A DNA stretch of 64,000 bases from the human T2T-CHM13v2.0 reference genome, Homo sapiens, in NCBI RefSeq assembly GCF_009914755.1, contig NC_060939.1; one strand, given 5' to 3'. A program made the position numbers and the translations under genes. Under the pieces are notes generated by a model. The model saw only the letters and a list, made by a program, of their open reading frames with translations, had not been told where the DNA came from and did no database searches. Below are positions 57,636-64,000 of the stretch, in pieces. The stretch's first letter is position 1, and each line of letters opens with the position of its first letter.

Positions 57636-58993
57636 CTGCAGCAGAGACACAAAACACATCCTCTTCAGAACGTGGGAGGCCCTGGTCTCACCGGGCAAGT
57701 CCGCACGGTCAACGTCATGCACAATCAAGGCAGGCACACGGCAACAATGGTGACTATGAGCCTCAGCCCACCTGGGAAGGGTTTGTGTATGATGCTTTTG
57801 TGTTCACCCAATAAAACAATAACCACCGCAAGCATCCATCAGGCATCTAATACGCGTCGGGGGTGTGCTGAGTAGAGTACCCATAGCACCTAACTTAATC
57901 CCCGTGACCCAGGATGAGGGAAACTGAGGTTTGGAAAGGAAAGGTAACTCTCCCAAGGTCACCTGGATGGGCACTCCATGCTGCGATCCTACGCCAGATC
58001 TGTCTAACTTCAGCGCCTAGGGCTGGGACCAGGTGAGCCAGCCAGGTAAGACACCGAGGGTGCAAGGTTTAAGAGGCCCTGACTCCCCTCAGGCGATGCC
58101 CCTGCACCCGCACACCCTGAGAGGGAGCGCCTCCTCACAATGCGCATCCCGGGCGTGAGCCGGGGTCTGTGCTGGGTCTCGTGGACAGCACGCCCCGGAA
58201 GGCTGCACAGAATGTTCTGAAAAATGCTTCAGGAGCCCTTGAGAGAGGAAGACCCAGAGGAAGCGGAGCCAGCGCTGGGAGAGCCAGGGTCTTGAAGTCC
58301 TCAGTGAGCACCAGCCCACAAGCCAAACGTGTGTCTCCACACACACATGCTCGCACCTAAGGATCTCACCCTAACACAGGAAACCTGAACCACACACACC
58401 AGGAGAAACGCAATGCAGGGCAGTGGAGGCCGCATCCCAAGGATGGGTGGTGTTGGTGGGACGGCAGGCCAGCCACTGCAGGAGGGGCAGGTGTTTTCCA
58501 GGGGAAGAATGTGGCTTTGGCAGAGGGACGCATAGGATGACATGGAGCCCTTGGGTGCCGGCCCCTCTGGGGAATGCTGGGAGGGCAGCCACAGCAGGGG
58601 TGGGGAGGGCGAGCCCATGCCGGCCGCACTTCTGGGGGCTGACTCTCCAGGGCTCCCCACCACAGTACTCCCCGCACCCAGGAAAGACATGTCTCGCCCC
58701 GCAGGGACCACAGGGCTTATCTCAACAGGGCTCGCTAGGAAACCTGACATCCGCCCTCCCGTGGGCGTTTAACCCCGAAGGCAGTTCCTCGATATGCCCC
58801 TGTGTGACACGCAAGCGGATGGTGGCATGGGGTGGCTATAGGAGCTCAGTGCTCCCCTGGCTGTGCAGTCACATTGGGGGTTGGTGGGCAGTGGCTCTGC
58901 TGGCATAGCGCCATGGGGCGGATGACGGCTAAATACAGCTGGACTCTGCCCGTCAACTCCATGCCCTGGATGGGCTGTGGCCACCAGGAAGGA

Positions 58994-59156
58994 GCACTTG
59001 CTCTCCCCCATGGGCTGTCCCTCTGTCGAGCTGCACCTGCTCTCCCCCATGGGCTGTCCCTCTGTCGAACTGCACCTGCTCTCCATGGGCTGTCCCTCTG
59101 TCGAGCTGCACCTGCTCTCCCCCATGGCTGTCCCTCTGTCGAGCTGCACATTGCTC
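58994..59156. repeat. GC-rich minisatellite, about 39-bp unit x4
   Basis: ctctcccccatgggctgtccctctgtcgagctgcacctg at 59001, 59040, 59079 (36 bp) and 59115. Confidence 0.95.
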
Positions 59157-59360
59157 CTTTCCAAGGGCTCCTTCCATGAACTTGCCTGAGGTGTCTCAGG
59201 AGGGAAGGAGTTGGCAGAGGGCAGGAGAGAATGGGACAGGGGAACCATTTCATTAAAAATGACCCCTCCTTCCTGCCCCCAAAGAGCTAAACCAACATCC
59301 TCTTTGCTGATGTCCAAATCAAACTGGTGCAGAGTTCAGCCATACACAGGGTGGTCCCTC

Positions 59361-59728
59361 TGATGTGGTGTGGCTCTGTGTCCCCACCCAAATCTCATCT
59401 CAAATTGTAATCCCCATGTGTCAGGGAGGGACCGGGTGGGAAGTGATTGGATCATGGGAACAGTTTCCCCCACGCCGTTCTTGGGACAGTGAGTTAGTTC
59501 TCATGAGAGCTGATGGTTTTAGGAGTGTTTGGTAGTTCTTCCCCTCCCCCCTCTCTCCTGCTGCACTGTGAAGAAGGTGTCTGCTTCCCTTTCCCCTTCA
59601 GCCATGATTATAAGTTTCCTGAGGCCTCCCCAGCCATGCAGAACTGAGAGTCAATTAAACCTCTTTCCTTTATAAACTACCCAGTCTCAGGTAGTATCTT
59701 TATAGCAGCATGAAAACAGACTAATACA
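59361..59728 (+). mobile_element. THE1 (THE1D-like) solo LTR
   Basis: tgatgtggtgtggctctgtgtccccacccaaatctcatc...gactaataca; TSD ccctc/tcctc; ATTAAA at 59654. Confidence 0.9.
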
Positions 59729-61351
59729 TCCTCCTTCCTCATCCGCTCCAAAAGGCGCAGAGGAAGCTCACATGGCCTGGCTCCGCAGAGGTGCGGCTCC
59801 AGGGCTCATGTTTCACACACTGGGCCCAGGTACCTCATTGTGGGTCTATTTTTATTTGGAAACATGCAATGTGCTTAGTTAAAAATAAATAAAGAACAAA
59901 TTAAATGTTATTTTGCCTCAAGATGGTTTTGTGGCCACGTGGATGTCACAACCCAGCAATGCAGACTATTAAAAAAAACAACACGACAACCAGAAAGGAT
60001 GTGATGTGGTTTCTCGGTGCCTTCAAGGTCATTATTCTGGGTTTTGTTTAAAAATGTTTTGTGGGTTGCTTTTACAAGTCTACCAGTGAGTAGATGGAAT
60101 ACTGCTACACAGCCCTGATGGTATGTGCACGCGGCCCACGTGGGTGCACGCACACGCTCAGACACACACCCAGCAGTGCCCGCCCAGCCCTGGCTGCAGC
60201 CCCTCTGGGTCAATGAATCAATTAGAAACAATCAGATCTGCACGCCCTGGAGAAGTTGCCTGGTGAGGGGGAAGGGAGACATAATAAGGCCAGATGTGCT
60301 GAGCTTCCTGTCCTGAGTGTGCCCACCACGGGCTCTGATGCAGAACCGGCAGACCTCAAATGCCACACAAACACATCCCCCCTGGCCTCAGCCACACTCA
60401 GCACTCGGAGAAGGCAGCCCTGACTTTCCACTCTAATTAGGTAACGTGCAATGCTAGTGGAACAGTGAAGCAAGGAGCCTTCCAATAATTGCATTTTAAT
60501 TTTTCCAAGGTGCAGATGATTTTTTTTTAACTAGAAAACAAAGAATCAGTTTATTTACAAGAAATGCTCTTGCACAAAGGTGGATCAAGGTCGAGTGCTT
60601 TTAATGATTTATTCCAGTCGTGACCAGCCTGGTCATAAAACTGAGCAAGGAAAAACACATAAAAGAAACAGCTCCTGATAACAGAGCACAAGACCTGTGT
60701 GTTTATGAGAGATGAGGTGGAAATGCTTAGAATGCACAAAACAAAGTCTGGAGAAAATCCCAGGTTGTTGTAAAATAAGAGCTGTGGGGGGAGTAAACAG
60801 TAATTAAGCCATCCAGCTTCGCAGAAAACAAAGCCCACCACTATTCCATGTTTCTAAAAAGAAACTGCAGTCTAGGGAAGACAGAGCCCTGGAGACTCAG
60901 AGATACCCCCACCGTCTCAGGCTGCAGAAGGCACCAAGCTGGGAAAACCCGCCAAATCCCCATATGCTGGTGCTTGTCAAGAAATGAGGAAAAACCAGTT
61001 TTCTCTGTATTGATTTATTAAAAACTGAGGTCTGTGACAAAGCTCTGCTAATTTCAGTGCTGACACTGTGGAACCTTCTGAGTTAACTGGAATTGCCTTA
61101 TGCTGGGGAGAGGCTTTTAGACCCTGCAGTGGTGCTTTCACATCCAGCCTTCTATGATTTAAAATTCTCCACAGATCACAGAACTTATTTAAAAATTTTT
61201 AAAAACATCAATTCCACATGTTTGCATAGTTTCTCGTAACAAAACGGAGGCAGAAAGGCAACTGGAATTTATTAGTCGTGCCTCTAATGGGCTTGACTGC
61301 TCTGAACACTCGACCCTCCCTTGCTTGGCAGGCATGACTGGTCCCATTTTA

Positions 61352-62122
<771 letters not shown>

Positions 62123-62789
62123 GAAGGGGTGTAATGAATTCTTCTGACACCTGGAGAAGCTCATTTAATTTATCGAGAGAAGAGGCTCCCATCCACTAGC
62201 TCTGTGACCCATCTTCCCATCCATGCCAGCACAACACAGGTGCTCATTTGTCTTCTTTCCTTTCCTTTTCTCAGTAGAAGCATAATTTTGTAGACAAAAT
62301 TGGGTGAAGAGACTTAATTAGTTCTTTTTCAGTAGAAAACTACATGATAGAAGCTCATAACTCTTTATCTAGGGGCTGACCACTCGACTCTCTCTAGACT
62401 TAAGGAATAAACAACAAACAACTGTATAAACTCTGGTTGATGCAGTAAGTTGTTGCATATAAGCCATCTGCAGCTGGTGGCCTTGCTGCCCATTAGTCCA
62501 ACCTTACAGGGTCTGCCTTTGAGAGAGATGGCTCAGTTTTTCCCACCAACTGCTCAACTACCAAACACCGTCATAGTTATTTCTGGGACATCAAGCTGTC
62601 AGTCACAAGAGAGCATGTGGCATCTGCCATACACCAACCATAGTCATGGATATTGGATTGCAGATTCAGGCTCATTGACAAGTCCTTGTGTTCTTGCAAA
62701 CCTAAGTGGATGTGGGTGTGATCTGAATGGCTGAACAGCATTTAGGAGCAAATGTCTTAGAGGCTAGGATGTGACAAAGGAAAACTAAC

Positions 62790-62972
62790 TACAAAGGAAT
62801 AAAAAAGTTGGACCCCTACCTCACACCACATTTAAAATATAAGTCAAAATGAATTGAAGAGATAAATGTGAGTGCTAAAACTATAAAAGTCTTAGAAGAA
62901 AACTAAGATGGAAATCTTCCTGACCTTGGTGTAGACAAAGCCTTCTTAGCTATAACATCAAAAGCACAAGTA
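62790..62972 (+). mobile_element. old L1M ORF2 fragment
   Basis: ggacccctacctcacaccaca...ctaaaactataaaagtcttagaagaaaac...aaagccttcttag. Confidence 0.7.
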
Positions 62973-64000
62973 GGGGTGGGAAAATCCTAACCTCTTACAA
63001 CAGAAGAGTAGCTGAGGCGGAAGGGGCTGGGAGTGAGGTAGGGAGTCACCTTCATTTCCACTGCCAGCCCAAGCAATGAATGTGCTGGCACATTCTCTAA
63101 GGAAGCCTTCCAGACTTTCCCCTTGGCAATTATGGTTTTCTGTGGACCGGGAGTCATACAGCAGTTATGGCCTTGCAGGCTAATTCAGTTTGTTGGTTTG
63201 TGTGTTGTAACGCCATGTGAGCTGTTGCTTCATGATGGGGTTCTCAGTTATGGGTCAGAGTCAGGAAAGGCTACATATTCTTGGCCTTGCTCCCTAGGGT
63301 TAATGAGACCACAGCTTAGGACACAGATGTCCTTGGCTTCGGTTTCCCAGGTACCTCCAGGATCCTGGACTTCAGGAGGAGATGCTGTCTCTGGTAAGAG
63401 AATCACACGAGTCCCCACAGATGACTCGAGGGTCCCTGGGCTGGAGCAGTCACTCCTACAAGATAACATTTTCATGTGTTCTGTGAGTTAAGGGTAAGTG
63501 GAGGAATAAATTGGCCCTGGGATTTACAAGTTAGAAGCCACAAGTTTATGCCAACAGTTTGCTGCTAGAAACCAAAACATGCCGGGAGAGGGGAAGGAAA
63601 GAGAAACGAATAAGTGGTGATGTTCAAAAGGCCACAGCCAACTTGAGCCAAGTGCATGGAGATATCGTGCAGATTACCCACCTGCCGGAGAAGATGATGC
63701 TCGTGTCAGCAGGACCCATCACGTGGGAGGGGTTCTCCAGGGAGCAATGTAACGTTTGTCAAATCACAGTGTGCCTCTCTTCGGAGAACCCCAGAGAGGC
63801 TCAGGGGCTTCTGAAACAGGCCCTGATGCCCACCAGAAATGGTCCCAGGCAGGTTCACCTCAGGACATCAGAGGAGCCTTGAAAATCTCTTATTTTGACA
63901 AACACTTTGTCAAGTGTTTCCTGACTGCCTGTATGTGACACAGGCCTTGCGCCGGGCAGAGTCTAAGCTGAGCAGGCACACGCCTAGGGGAAGCAGCCTC

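Noticed and set aside
57650-58830. Possible CpG island or internal promoter
   Set aside because: CpGs are only moderately enriched by eye and no promoter elements are evident; I cannot compute the observed/expected ratio.
58301-59317. Overlapping 115-182 aa ORFs
   Set aside because: GC-rich sequence and the 39-bp VNTR suppress stop codons; no recognisable protein.

Overview
Human (primate) genomic DNA lying inside ADAMTS17 (chr15q26.3), transcribed on the minus strand. Three coding exons can be read directly with canonical AG/GT sites and consistent phases: 57635-57530 (106 nt), 13445-13305 (141 nt) and 10846-10696 (151 nt), probably exons 8-10. They encode the end of the metalloprotease domain (Zn motif HELGHNLGMNHD split by a 44,084-bp intron, then the Met-turn) and the start of the disintegrin-like domain. 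The rest is intron rich in Alu, L1, MIR/L2, MaLR (THE1/MLT1), ERV solo LTRs (MER11, two LTR10) and DNA transposons. I see no new gene system, and almost all ORF-track entries are noise. The observations most worth following up are: an exact 55-bp copy of the local MER11 LTR about 200 bp upstream of exon 10; a 45-bp inverted repeat enclosing a perfect 31-bp AT-rich minisatellite; an Ile codon at what appears to be Thr446; an old L1 with twin-priming architecture; an internally deleted (possibly spliced) L1MA; and loss of poly(A) signals in gene-sense retroelements. Repeat subfamily names come from recalled consensus sequences and their boundaries are approximate unless a TSD is given.
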